Shown here piece after piece: positions 30,140 through 39,842 of a stretch of DNA of 64,000 nucleotides. Made by a program: the position numbers and the translations under genes. Below the pieces are notes generated by a model. It made no database searches. It was not told the DNA's origin and worked only from the letters and a program-made list of their open reading frames with translations. The stretch spans positions 320,001-384,000 of the forward strand of contig OZ252243.1 in the NCBI GenBank assembly GCA_965249555.1, written 5' to 3'. Source of the stretch: Nitrosopumilus sp. (GTDB lineage Archaea; Thermoproteota; Nitrososphaeria; Nitrososphaerales; Nitrosopumilaceae). The number at the start of each line of letters is the position of its first letter. The stretch's first letter is position 1.

Positions 30140-30325
30140 TCATGGATTACATTTACTACATAATTTAATATTTGGATTATTTCTCCATGAAGGTTGAAAC
30201 ATGATTAATATTTTAATGTCATCAAATTCAATGTTGAATATTGAAAGTAATAATGAGAAATAAAGATGTGATAAAATTCCACATACAGGCAATCCAACAT
30301 ATAATAAAATCTTCCTTAATGTCAA
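30140..30325 (-). pseudogene. Truncated copy of cassette 2 partner
   Basis: First 46 aa identical to 29826-30137, then an unrelated short tail. Confidence 0.65.
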
Positions 30326-30340
30326 AATAAAAAAAAGAGG

Positions 30341-31222
30341 TTAGAAATACCTAATGTATTTCGTTAACTCTGAATTGTGGTCGTATATATCAAGTGCATG
30401 ATTCCAAGTATTTGCATAAATGCTTACACCACTATACCAAGTTCTTGTTTTATCACCATGAGCCGATATACCGTACCCATTTCCTCGATCCCAAATATCA
30501 TCAAACTGTATTTGACCATTCAAAATTACAAATGTTTCAACATCTGTAATTCTACCATGATGGACTAATCTATACTGATCATAAATAGAATCAAGTATTG
30601 GACTTGGATCATCTTCATCTTGCCATTCTAAGACATATCTAGTTGTACTTTGACTGCTTGAAACTATTTTATCAACACTGATTAGTTGATTTCCACCATT
30701 GACATTATAATACACATGACTTGTCCAACCAGTACCACCAAAAACATCTACAGATGGTTGAACAAATCTAGATATTTGATATTGATTAGTTGTGGCCTGA
30801 GCTTCAGGAATTAGATTCCACATTCCATCAACTTCTACAGTTTCATTTATGACTTGGACATCATCTTTCAAATATGCTTGTTCAATTTCAGCACGTTTTA
30901 TGATTTCACTCATCACATAATCTTTGAATTTAGATATTTGTTGATCATCTAATGTATGACCAACAACACGTTCTATTTTCTCTAATGTTTTATCAAGTGC
31001 CTCATCATATTTTGTCTTTAATTCAACTTTTTTCTCGTCTTTAGATTTGTCTTTTTGATCTTGCTTGACATATTGTTTTACCTCTTTATCTACATCTTTG
31101 AGTAAATCCTTGACAGATTTTTCATTTGATTTGGCATCTGCACTATCCATCATTGAAAATGGTAAAATTAATGCAGTCATCAAAGATGCAAACAGTATTG
31201 TTTTTGCGTTCTTGTACGTCAT
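30341..31222 (-). CDS. Secreted prepro-protein, cassette 2
   Basis: Signal MTYKNAKTILFASLMTALILPFS; charged helical middle; WNLIPEAQA; C-terminal domain unrelated to cassette 1 (DED.P..YD.YR..GRITDVETF..NTWNHA). Confidence 0.85.
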   Translation of the reverse strand: MTYKNAKTILFASLMTALILPFSMMDSADAKSNEKSVKDLLKDVDKEVKQYVKQDQKDKSKDEKKVELKTKYDEALDKTLEKIERVVGHTLDDQQISKFKDYVMSEIIKRAEIEQAYLKDDVQVINETVEVDGMWNLIPEAQATTNQYQISRFVQPSVDVFGGTGWTSHVYYNVNGGNQLISVDKIVSSSQSTTRYVLEWQDEDDPSPILDSIYDQYRLVHHGRITDVETFVILNGQIQFDDIWDRGNGYGISAHGDKTRTWYSGVSIYANTWNHALDIYDHNSELTKYIRYF

Positions 31223-31437
31223 TGTATTGTATACAACACCTTGTTATAATACAATTGATAATGACTTGCGGTATGCCTTAAAATAATAAACAAGTTTATG
31301 GCAATTTACTATCTTACAAAGTATACGTAATGCCTGCAGCCCACAAATTGTACGGTTATACCAATAAAACAAAATCAAAGCACCAAAAAAGGTTCTATTA
31401 GATTTATGGAATCTATCCAAACTGCTGCAAACTTGAG
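31185..31437. repeat. 253-bp direct repeat copy B
   Basis: Matches 28995-29247 at offset 2190. Confidence 0.93.
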
Positions 31438-31497
31438 TGACCTGTACAATTTTGGTGATCCGGACTCAGAATTCTAAACAGACGTTTCTGACCTTTC

Positions 31498-31746
31498 TTG
31501 ATAGGCTTTTTGTTTTTACCAGTAGATTTTTTGGAATTTCTTAGCCTTCAAGACAAAATTGATGAAAATTCTTTTGATCTTTTAATGGAACTAAAAAGAA
31601 AGCGTAACAAGTTTTATCATAATGGAAAGCCTGTAGCAAAAGATTATGCCGATCGCTGTCTCAAATATGCCATGAGGCTACTTGTTGAGAAAATTCATCC
31701 GTGCATTCATTTATCAGATAATCTGATGCTTACCAAGGTAGCATAA
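31498..31746 (+). pseudogene. Probable 3' gene fragment with HEPN-like Rx4H motif
   Basis: KRNKFYHNG followed by a helix; no convincing start. Confidence 0.4.
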
Positions 31747-32076
31747 AGAATAAAGTTAAAATTCTCATTCTATTATTCTATTTAGAAAATATGTTGAGAC
31801 CTGATGACCTGTTCTATCAAATTAAACTAATTTCGAATTTTCAAATGAATTGAAAAAAATAAATTAATTTCCAAGTAAAATTTAATTTTCAAACAAGGGG
31901 GCTTAATTTTGGACTCATTTTAATTTTCATAATTATGATTCTTCTAAAGTATAAAATCACATCTTTGGTTTGATTTAATGGCTCAAAATAGAGGAATGTT
32001 GGTTACAAATATTCTACGTGTCAAAAATCAGAATATACGATCTGATTTTTAGTTTTCTCATAGTTTTACACCTATA

Positions 32077-32613
32077 TTGGTCAGAAATCTTTTATCAGCG
32101 ATCAAATTCTATTACTGTAGAATGTTAAGAACTTTTAAGAAAATGTCAAAAATGAGGCAAAAACAGATGATAAAAACTAAATCCATTTACAAACCCGTCG
32201 AGGAAGAAGATGGACTTCGAGTGTTGATTACTAGATGGTATCCAAGAGGAGTCAAGAGAGAGAAATATGATATTTGGGTGCGAGAACTAGCTCCAAGTGC
32301 CGAACTACTAAAAAGATATAAAAATTCTGAAATTGAATGGGCTGATTTTACATCTACTTTGTTATCCGAAATACAAGATAGCATGGACAGTATTGAGGCA
32401 ATACATGCGTTACAAACCCGAAGCAATATGCAAGACATAACTTTACTCTGTCATGAAAAAGATGGATGTCCTTGTCACAGACACATGATTAGAGATTTGA
32501 TTGAAGATCCTAGATTGTTGCAATCAAACTTTGTACCTGAAAATACTAATGATCAAAAACTTATTCCTATAACGATTCATGTTTCCGACAAGGAAACATT
32601 GGTTATACCCTGA
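32077..32613 (+). CDS. DUF488-family (YeaO-like) protein
   Basis: DGLRVLITRWYPRGV, LAPSAELL, TLLCHE..CHR; probable start ATG 32167. Confidence 0.85.
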   Translation: MVRNLLSAIKFYYCRMLRTFKKMSKMRQKQMIKTKSIYKPVEEEDGLRVLITRWYPRGVKREKYDIWVRELAPSAELLKRYKNSEIEWADFTSTLLSEIQDSMDSIEAIHALQTRSNMQDITLLCHEKDGCPCHRHMIRDLIEDPRLLQSNFVPENTNDQKLIPITIHVSDKETLVIP

Positions 32614-33306
32614 TTCTCCTATGTGGAGATTATCCCATACTTGTTCCATATTTTTATTATTGCGAATCCATTCATAAACTCCCCATTCTAACACTCCTTG
32701 TGTATGATGTCCTTTCTTGGCTCTACAGGTTGGACATTGATATGTAATTGTAGGACGAACTTCATAATTATTGATTGTAAGAAATGGATCTCTATTTTCT
32801 AATGTAGTTTGTATTGTTGTATCTGTCTCTTTTCTTTTTTCTAATTGTTTGGAAACAATTTTTGGTACAATAATTCCCAGACTTAGTTTTTTGTCATTAA
32901 TATCTTCAATACAACCGTATCCATAATTTGTTTTCAGTTCTTCAATTAATGCAACCCATTCTTTTCTTTCAAGTTTTCTCTTAACTTTGATTTTGTTTGA
33001 TAGTGTATCCCATTCAGATTTTGAACCCTGAATTTTCCAGCTTTCATCTCTGCTATCCTGTTTATTACGTTCAAGAGGAATTGAAATTATGTTCCAGCGT
33101 TTCATTGGAGAGCTTGGCGGTACTGGATAAATTCTAATCAAGCCATGTTCTTTTGAATATGCAACGGTACACACAGTTTTTCTATTATCGCTAATTTCAT
33201 CAGGTACAGCATTTCCAAGAACTATCAAATCTTCAAAATATTTTTTCTCTATTTCTTCACTACGTTCTATATCATCAAATTGTTTTAGACCATCTGCATC
33301 AGACAT
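32524..33306 (-). CDS. Hypothetical protein of the DUF488-associated (dual OB-like) type
   Basis: TVCTVA..IRIYPVP, DSRDESW, SLGII.P, EWGVYE, FLVGN; family assignment from memory. Confidence 0.6.
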   Translation of the reverse strand: MSDADGLKQFDDIERSEEIEKKYFEDLIVLGNAVPDEISDNRKTVCTVAYSKEHGLIRIYPVPPSSPMKRWNIISIPLERNKQDSRDESWKIQGSKSEWDTLSNKIKVKRKLERKEWVALIEELKTNYGYGCIEDINDKKLSLGIIVPKIVSKQLEKRKETDTTIQTTLENRDPFLTINNYEVRPTITYQCPTCRAKKGHHTQGVLEWGVYEWIRNNKNMEQVWDNLHIGESGYNQCFLVGNMNRYRNKFLIISIFRYKV

Positions 33307-33350
33307 ATTATTATCTGATCTGATAATGAGTTGTAATATTTAACAACATA

Positions 33351-33758
33351 TCATAGATGAGAAATTCTCCAAATAATCCCTTTAATTTCACGAAATCTTT
33401 TCAAGCCAATATCTTTTTCCATTTGCTTCACCCATTTGTTATTTGGAACTATTTGTTCCAAGCCTAATTTGGTTCTTATTTCAGTCCATGTCATTCCATC
33501 ATCATTATACTGTAAGACATCTTTGATTTTATCACGAAATTCTACATACGACATTTTTAGCTCCTTGTATTTGAGTTTTTTTTCTTTAGATGGTTTTGCA
33601 ATAAAATTAATTACAATTCTATCCCCTATATTCACTACATCTAACTCAGAGCCTGCTTCCCAATCCAATTCTTGAATTATTTCTTCAGGCAGAGTTATCA
33701 CATACTTGAATTGCTCTTTGTCTCCATACTTGTATGCCAAAACCTTTTGGAGTTTCAT
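33351..33758 (-). CDS. AbrB/MazE-like DNA-binding domain fused to small wHTH-like domain
   Basis: YVITLPEEIIQELDWEAGSEL; GMTWTEIRTKLGL. Confidence 0.75.
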   Translation of the reverse strand: MKLQKVLAYKYGDKEQFKYVITLPEEIIQELDWEAGSELDVVNIGDRIVINFIAKPSKEKKLKYKELKMSYVEFRDKIKDVLQYNDDGMTWTEIRTKLGLEQIVPNNKWVKQMEKDIGLKRFREIKGIIWRISHL

Positions 33759-33789
33759 ATCTTTGTTATTGAAATATGTGTATTATAAG

Positions 33790-33860
33790 TTATGGTACCA
33801 CAATGTATAAATAATTATGGTACCATAACCTAAACATAATGAAAGAAAGTGGTACCATAA
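33790..33860. promoter_or_regulatory. Three TGGTACCA palindromic boxes in a divergent promoter
   Basis: TTATGGTACCACAA 33790-33803; TTATGGTACCATAA 33815-33828 (perfect); TGGTACCATAA 33850-33860. Confidence 0.75.
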
Positions 33861-35177
33861 AATATAATCACAGAAAACAAAAAGGAATACAGATTGTATC
33901 AGAAAAGAACATCAAAAAAATTACCGCTAATCATTATTTAGTAGAATCACAATCTCAAGACAAAACATACCATGTAAGAAAATTGTCAGCTTCTGATGTA
34001 TGGATTTGCGAATGTGTTGATTTTCATTACAGGTTGAGAACACAAGATAATAAAAACTGCAAGCACATAATCAGTTGTCAAATCTTACAAAATACAATCA
34101 AGAAAGAAAAGAAAATTGAGATAGTAAATTCAGATACAGTAAAGGCATGTCCACAGTACCACAATCAAAAAGAATGGATTTAGAAAACTCAAGGATCAAG
34201 TAAAGAGACAAAGATACTGTTGTAATCAGTGTAATTACAAATTCGTGCTAAATGATTCTAGTTTTCTTAACATGAGGGTTAATCCACAAATAATCACAGA
34301 ATGTCTTAATTTGGTGATGAGTGGAATGTCATATCGTAACATTGCTAGACATGTTTATGCTACACATCAAGTAAAGATTAGTCACGTATCAATAAAGAGA
34401 TGGATAGAAAAATACACATACGTTATCAAGGAATATGTGGAATCATTTTATCCTCAAGTCAGTGATGTTTGGTATTTAGATGAGATGGTTCTAAATGTAA
34501 AAAATACAAAAAAGACAGGTAAGGGATTTCATGACTGGTTATGGAGCATCATTGATCCTAAAACTAGATTCCTCATTGCTACAGAAGTATCAAAGAGACG
34601 TGAAATTAATGATGCAAAGAAAATCATTACATCTGCGAAGAGACTGACAATCAATGATCCAAATTATATTTTGACTGATTCTCTAAACTCTTACCAAAAG
34701 CCAATACGAGATGAATTTGAGAACAGGGTCGCACATATCAAGACAAAATCACTAAAGAATGGATTTGTGAATAGGTCTATTGAGAGATACCACAATGAAA
34801 TTAGAGAACGACTAAAAGCTAGACGTGGTTTGGGTAATGATAAATCCGCACAAACATTCTCAGAACTCCTAAAGATAAATCATAATTTTGTCAAACCACA
34901 TCAAGGACTAGATGGCAAGACTCCTACACAAGCTGCAAATATAGATTTGAATCTAGGTGATAACAAATATCTTGACTTGATAAAACAAGCTGGAAGAAAA
35001 CCAAACTTTGTAAATAATTTGGGAAAGAGAGTTAAGAAAGTCACTATTGTTAATGAAGGTGACTCTATCAAGGTTACACCTACAAGATGGATTGACAAAC
35101 ATATCTGGAGAGAAATAAATGATATTCTAAGACTACATGAGTTTAGTTGGTTATCAAATGGTAAAGATAGTTGTTAG
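33839..35177 (+). mobile_element. IS6/IS240-like DDE transposase with N-terminal SWIM and Zn-ribbon, frameshifted
   Basis: CECVDF..CKH SWIM; frameshift ~34150-34170; WYLDEM, LTDSL, NRSIERYH DDE motifs; terminal repeats not found. Confidence 0.8.
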
Positions 35178-35225
35178 ATGAAACTTTTATCTTAATTTTT
35201 TACATTCAAATTGTAAAGTATTGGT

Positions 35226-35483
35226 TTATTCCTTTTGTACCAACCAATCTTTGATGATTGCAGTTGCCTTGCAATCATCTCTGTTGTAATCTAATATCAA
35301 ATCCAACTTGTCTTTGTTGGAGTTTGGTTTCTGAATATATTGATGGTATAGATTAATTGAGTTAAGTGTATTGACTTCTTGTTTGTGTTTCCACTCAAAA
35401 CCCATCCATTTTGCTATTGATTTTATACTTGTATTAGGTAGTTTATTAGTAATTGATTGAATATCTTTTGGTTGAAAAACCAT
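35226..35483 (-). pseudogene. C-terminal RNase H-like fragment of a TM0106/RecB-family nuclease
   Basis: SIKSIAKWMGFEW..YNRDDCKAT..IKDWL; N-terminus absent. Confidence 0.65.
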
Positions 35484-35676
35484 ATTTCACTTTAAGTAAT
35501 TTGAGAATCATTTTGTATTGAGCAGGAATTTTTATGTCTGTTTTTAGATTATCAAACGTGTTGATTACGACATATTGGCTTGAAACCATGTTAGAAGTTA
35601 GCTACCTTGATAAATAAAAATAGCGAAATTCACGCATGGAATAATTGTTATATGAGTTAATTAGGATTATTTCAAA

Positions 35677-35967
35677 TTGCAAAAAATTGATTATGAAGGA
35701 AAAGTTTGGGTATTAAATTATAATAATCCTCAACCACTATTAGAGCATACTCTTCACATGCTAGAAAAACACGGAGTTAAGCGTGAAGATATGATAATAA
35801 CTGAAACTCCAACTGCAAAAGTAGGCGCAATAGTAGTTGAGATTTGGCCATATGAGCTTGTCATAGCAAGAGTTAGAACAACTCGCAATGATTCATTTAT
35901 CAGCGGTACTGAATTTACAATTGAACTAAAATTAGATGAAGACGGGAATTATATAGATTATCTTTGA
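35677..35967 (+). CDS. Hypothetical protein
   Basis: 96-aa ORF coupled to next gene. Confidence 0.7.
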   Translation: MQKIDYEGKVWVLNYNNPQPLLEHTLHMLEKHGVKREDMIITETPTAKVGAIVVEIWPYELVIARVRTTRNDSFISGTEFTIELKLDEDGNYIDYL

Positions 35968-36653
35968 AAAAAAAGAAAATTCAAAATATCGCAATTGTTG
36001 TAATAGTTATTCTCATCATTGGATCAATTATAGCATACAATTATTCAGCAGATCAAACCAAACAAAAAGGGTTACAGTTTGGAATTGGGCTAGACCAAAT
36101 TCAAGAAGATGTAAATCAGTTGCAGATAAAATTTTATTCTGAGAAAAATAGTTGGGAAGAAGGAGACATTTCAAAAGAAGAATTGTTGGGATTTTATGAA
36201 AAACATTTAATGGAATTTAAAGAGATAATCTCCAGATATGATGAATTAACTCCACCAGAACTCTTCAAGAGTTCAGTTGAATTGTTAAAGATCTCGTCTG
36301 AAACTCAGTTAGAAAGTGACTCAGAATACATTGAATGGATAAAAACAGGAGATGAATCAGCTAAAGTAAGATCAGACACGCAATTTCAAGAATCTTTAGA
36401 ATATGAAATGTTAGGACTAGTTGAATTCTATTCAGCTAAAACAGGTGTAAAAAATTATGAGGAATCAGAAAAATTCAAAGCACCGCAAATAGGTTTAACA
36501 CAAAAAGTCATTCAAGTATCAGAGAATATGAAAAAACAATGTGAAAAAGAATTTAGAAATGAGTTAGGAGAATTTGATTCAGATAAAATAGAGATTGATT
36601 GGTTCAATTGTATCAATGAGGCTGAAGAATGGGAGATTGAGCACCTTCCTTAA
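35964..36653 (+). CDS. Membrane-anchored helical hypothetical protein
   Basis: N-terminal TM; acidic coiled body. Confidence 0.75.
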   Translation: MKKKKIQNIAIVVIVILIIGSIIAYNYSADQTKQKGLQFGIGLDQIQEDVNQLQIKFYSEKNSWEEGDISKEELLGFYEKHLMEFKEIISRYDELTPPELFKSSVELLKISSETQLESDSEYIEWIKTGDESAKVRSDTQFQESLEYEMLGLVEFYSAKTGVKNYEESEKFKAPQIGLTQKVIQVSENMKKQCEKEFRNELGEFDSDKIEIDWFNCINEAEEWEIEHLP

Positions 36654-37123
36654 CTGCAGAAATTTTTATCCCAGAGTACTTTGTGTTTTAATTATTTTCA
36701 ATTATGTTCAATAGTTCATTTATAGAAATAGGTTTGAAGACAATTTTACGTAAGTTATAGATCTCTAATGTGTTTAGTTCTTTGTCAGAAATAATTGCGG
36801 CAGTGAGAGCCATTTGGAATTCTAATCAATGAGAATTTGGAACTTGAAAACGGTTTGAAATCTTTCTGGCATTTTGTGCATCTCATTCTGTCTCTGCTTT
36901 TCATGATATAGAGATCTTTGTTTTTGCAGAAAATGCAGGAAAGATCCTCAGTATATCTTAATTCTAGGAATTACACTAACTATGATTCAAGTCTGATCAG
37001 AATATTACGGAAATATTCTCTAAACCTAATTCTATTCCATGATTTGGATGGATCTAAAGTCCTTTAGGCATTCTAGTTTTATTATGTTTGAATAGTTAAT
37101 AATAATTGTGAAATTATTTATGC

Positions 37124-37381
37124 CTATTTTTTGAGCATTTTATTTTTCATTCTCACATTGTTTATGTTTTCAATAATTCTAAAAATACCATAACAACATA
37201 ATCCAAAAATAACAAACACCAGTGAAATTCGAAGATAATCAAATAATGTTAAAGTAATAAAATCATCAAAACTAAGTTCAAATATTTTTTTAAATATTAA
37301 TCCGTCTTGGAAAGCAATTACAAATAACACTAGGATTAGAACAATTTTAAAAAAAAGAGAGGTTAGTTGATAATATGCCAA
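37124..37381 (-). CDS. Small membrane protein, cassette 3 partner
   Basis: Two TM helices; same position and flanks as 28021-28302; start uncertain. Confidence 0.6.
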   Translation of the reverse strand: MAYYQLTSLFFKIVLILVLFVIAFQDGLIFKKIFELSFDDFITLTLFDYLRISLVFVIFGLCCYGIFRIIENINNVRMKNKMLKK

Positions 37382-37560
37382 GTAAGAACATAATTACCCC
37401 ACCACCATACAGGCCATATATAACTCAACAACTCAGGATTTGGTTCTGGACTTTGAGAATTATATGTATATGTTCCAGTAACAAGACCTTGAGATCTTAG
37501 CTCACCATTATTACAACCAAATGCATTTACGTTTTTGGCATAATCATTTCCATGATGACC
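37363..37560 (-). pseudogene. Orphan C-terminal fragment paralogous to cassette 1 secreted protein
   Basis: GNDYAKNVNAFGC..QSPEPNPELLSYIWPVWWWGNYVLTWH versus GNDYAKEVNAYGC..QGPEPNPEILEYTAPVWWWDGYVIAWH. Confidence 0.85.
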
Positions 37561-38240
37561 CCAAGTTTGTACCAAAGGAGCTGTCTCGTGATGATTGTGT
37601 AAAATTATATCAGGTCATCCCAAATCTATCAAAGGCCGTATCTGTTGCAGAGAAAATCATTCCATTGGATCAGAAATTACGAAGAGAGTATCTCAAGGTT
37701 TTGAGTCATAGTCCAAAAACATCTCATCTCAAGTTGCTCAAGAAAGCAAAGAGTGGATTACAACAGAGAGTTACCATTTTGTTGAAGGGAAATGCCAAGA
37801 AGTTATAGTTTGGCTGTGAGGAAAGATATGGATGTTGCAGAGATTGCAGATGAGATATTTTCTGATTATTTGCAAGTAAATCTAGGCACAAATCATAACA
37901 ATACTGTAAATCAAATCATTGAAAACCACGTACTAAAATCCGCTTTAAACCAATGTTTGGATCATTTTCTGAGATGTAAACATGTTTTTTAGAAGTAAAT
38001 ATTTTTGAAAAAACATCAGTCATTTCAGAATTATCATCAATATGAAAAATTTGCATATTTTGATTAAATTTTCAGCATTTTATTATAATGTATGTCTAAT
38101 GTAAACACCAAGATTCTTTTAATTTTTGAATTCATAAACTAAATTAGAGAACAAATATACTAATTTGTGCCTGTACACAAATAAAAGAGTCAACAGTGCA
38201 TTGCAATAAACTTCTTTAAAGAATACAATGAAAGGGAATT

Positions 38241-38999
38241 ATGGAAAAAATTTTCATGATTGTAATTATTTTTGCTGGAATAACACCATTAGCATTTGGA
38301 GAAGTATTTATCCAAAATGATCAGCAATACATGGGAGATGATGGTGCACTTCATATTGTTGGTGAAATTAAAAATAATTTAGAAGTCCCATTAAACCAAA
38401 TTAATATTCATGTAACTTTACTTGATGAAAATAATCATATAATTGAAACAAAGGATACAAGTTCCCTAGTAAATGTAATCATGCCAGGAATGAAAGGTCC
38501 ATTTGATCTTGTTTTAACAAATGATGAAGCAAAAAAAACAAAATCATATGCACTGAAACTAGACTACAAGATTAGCCCTCCAAAAAATCAGGTCATAGAT
38601 ATTATCGAATCAGAGTTGTCCAGAGACAATTATAATAATTTGATGATAACTGGAACTGTCACCAACAAAGGAGACATTACAGCCAATACTGTGGCAGTGA
38701 TTGCTACACTTTACGACAAAGAAGGAAATGTTGCAGCAGTGTCTAGAGTTAATCCAGAACCAGATTACCTAAGAGCAGAGGATAGTGCATTCTTTGTAGT
38801 ACCAATTCCTGACAAAATTCAAACTAGTGAAATTAATGATTATACTTTGATTGCAGAATCAGAAGAATATGCAGCTGTTCCAGAATTTCCTGTAGGAACA
38901 CTTGTTTTGTTAGTTGGAGCATTATCAGTATATATCGGAATTACAAAATATTCAGGCAGAATCATAACAAACCTGATTTCTGCAGCAAATCTAAAGTAG
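38241..38999 (+). CDS. FxLYD-domain surface protein with PEF-type C-terminal anchor
   Basis: IVGEIKN, ATLYDKEG, VPEFP plus TM. Confidence 0.85.
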   Translation: MEKIFMIVIIFAGITPLAFGEVFIQNDQQYMGDDGALHIVGEIKNNLEVPLNQINIHVTLLDENNHIIETKDTSSLVNVIMPGMKGPFDLVLTNDEAKKTKSYALKLDYKISPPKNQVIDIIESELSRDNYNNLMITGTVTNKGDITANTVAVIATLYDKEGNVAAVSRVNPEPDYLRAEDSAFFVVPIPDKIQTSEINDYTLIAESEEYAAVPEFPVGTLVLLVGALSVYIGITKYSGRIITNLISAANLK

Positions 39000-39420
39000 G
39001 AAGAATTTCTTCCAATAATTTTGTTCTTTCTAGAGGTGTTGGTTTTGAGAATTTCATCTGAAAAGTAATGGTCAGCATATCTTGATCAGTATGAGATATT
39101 CTAATAGAGTGAACATTGCGATTGGTTTGAGATAAAAAATTTTTCCATTTTTGTAAATGTCCAGTTACTCGAATTACATTTTGTTCCACTTCAGAAATAC
39201 TAGTATTCAAATCAGTATCAAATAATCTAAACTTGACAAGAGGAACCATAATCAACCCACCTGAAATTTTGTCATGGTTTTTTAACATGGATAAAATAAT
39301 TTCTTCAGAATTTTCTTTTGGATGTAAATCACCATAGTCAGGATCAAAATACCCTGCAATCAACTTTTTAGAATCATATATATGAAAAAAATTTTCTTCT
39401 GATTCTAATTTCCACAACAT
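38962..39420 (-). CDS. Hypothetical protein
   Basis: 152-aa ORF. Confidence 0.65.
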   Translation of the reverse strand: MLWKLESEENFFHIYDSKKLIAGYFDPDYGDLHPKENSEEIILSMLKNHDKISGGLIMVPLVKFRLFDTDLNTSISEVEQNVIRVTGHLQKWKNFLSQTNRNVHSIRISHTDQDMLTITFQMKFSKPTPLERTKLLEEILPTLDLLQKSGLL

Positions 39421-39494
39421 TTAGAGAATAATTCATGAATAAATAAACGATTAATCAAAGACAATTAAATAAACTAGGGAAAGGAGAAAAAGTC

Positions 39495-39842
39495 ATGATA
39501 ATTTCTAAAGAGAATAAAGATTTCATTGATAGTTTAATTGACTATTACATTAGTGAATCAGAATCATATAGACAGATTGCAGAGAATTTTGTACCGGAGA
39601 TAGAATCTGTCCCAGACACAGCATTTGGAATTATCACAGGATGTGTATATTCTGGATTTTTGCAAGCATACCAAAACCAACAACAAACTCCAGGTTTAGA
39701 AGATATGCAAGAATTCAATCAAATAATTAAAGAACGTGCCCCTCTAATCAAAAAAGCCTTACTTGATCCATCTAAGTTGCAAAGTAATGAAAAAGAATCA
39801 GAAAACAAGGATGATCAAGATTCAACAGAAAATGATGCATGA
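39495..39842 (+). CDS. Hypothetical protein
   Basis: 115-aa ORF; AGGAG upstream. Confidence 0.75.
   Translation: MIISKENKDFIDSLIDYYISESESYRQIAENFVPEIESVPDTAFGIITGCVYSGFLQAYQNQQQTPGLEDMQEFNQIIKERAPLIKKALLDPSKLQSNEKESENKDDQDSTENDA

Larger units (their letters stand above)
29788..30363. repeat. 172-bp inverted repeat (29788-29959 / 30192-30363) around a 232-bp spacer
   Basis: Arms are reverse complements; both encode MTLRKILLYVGLPVCG..MFQP. Confidence 0.93.

Noticed and set aside
33839-34245. Programmed frameshift in the IS6-like transposase
   Set aside because: The Zn-ribbon CxxC is itself damaged at the junction and the 3' end has a likely premature TAG, so decay is more plausible
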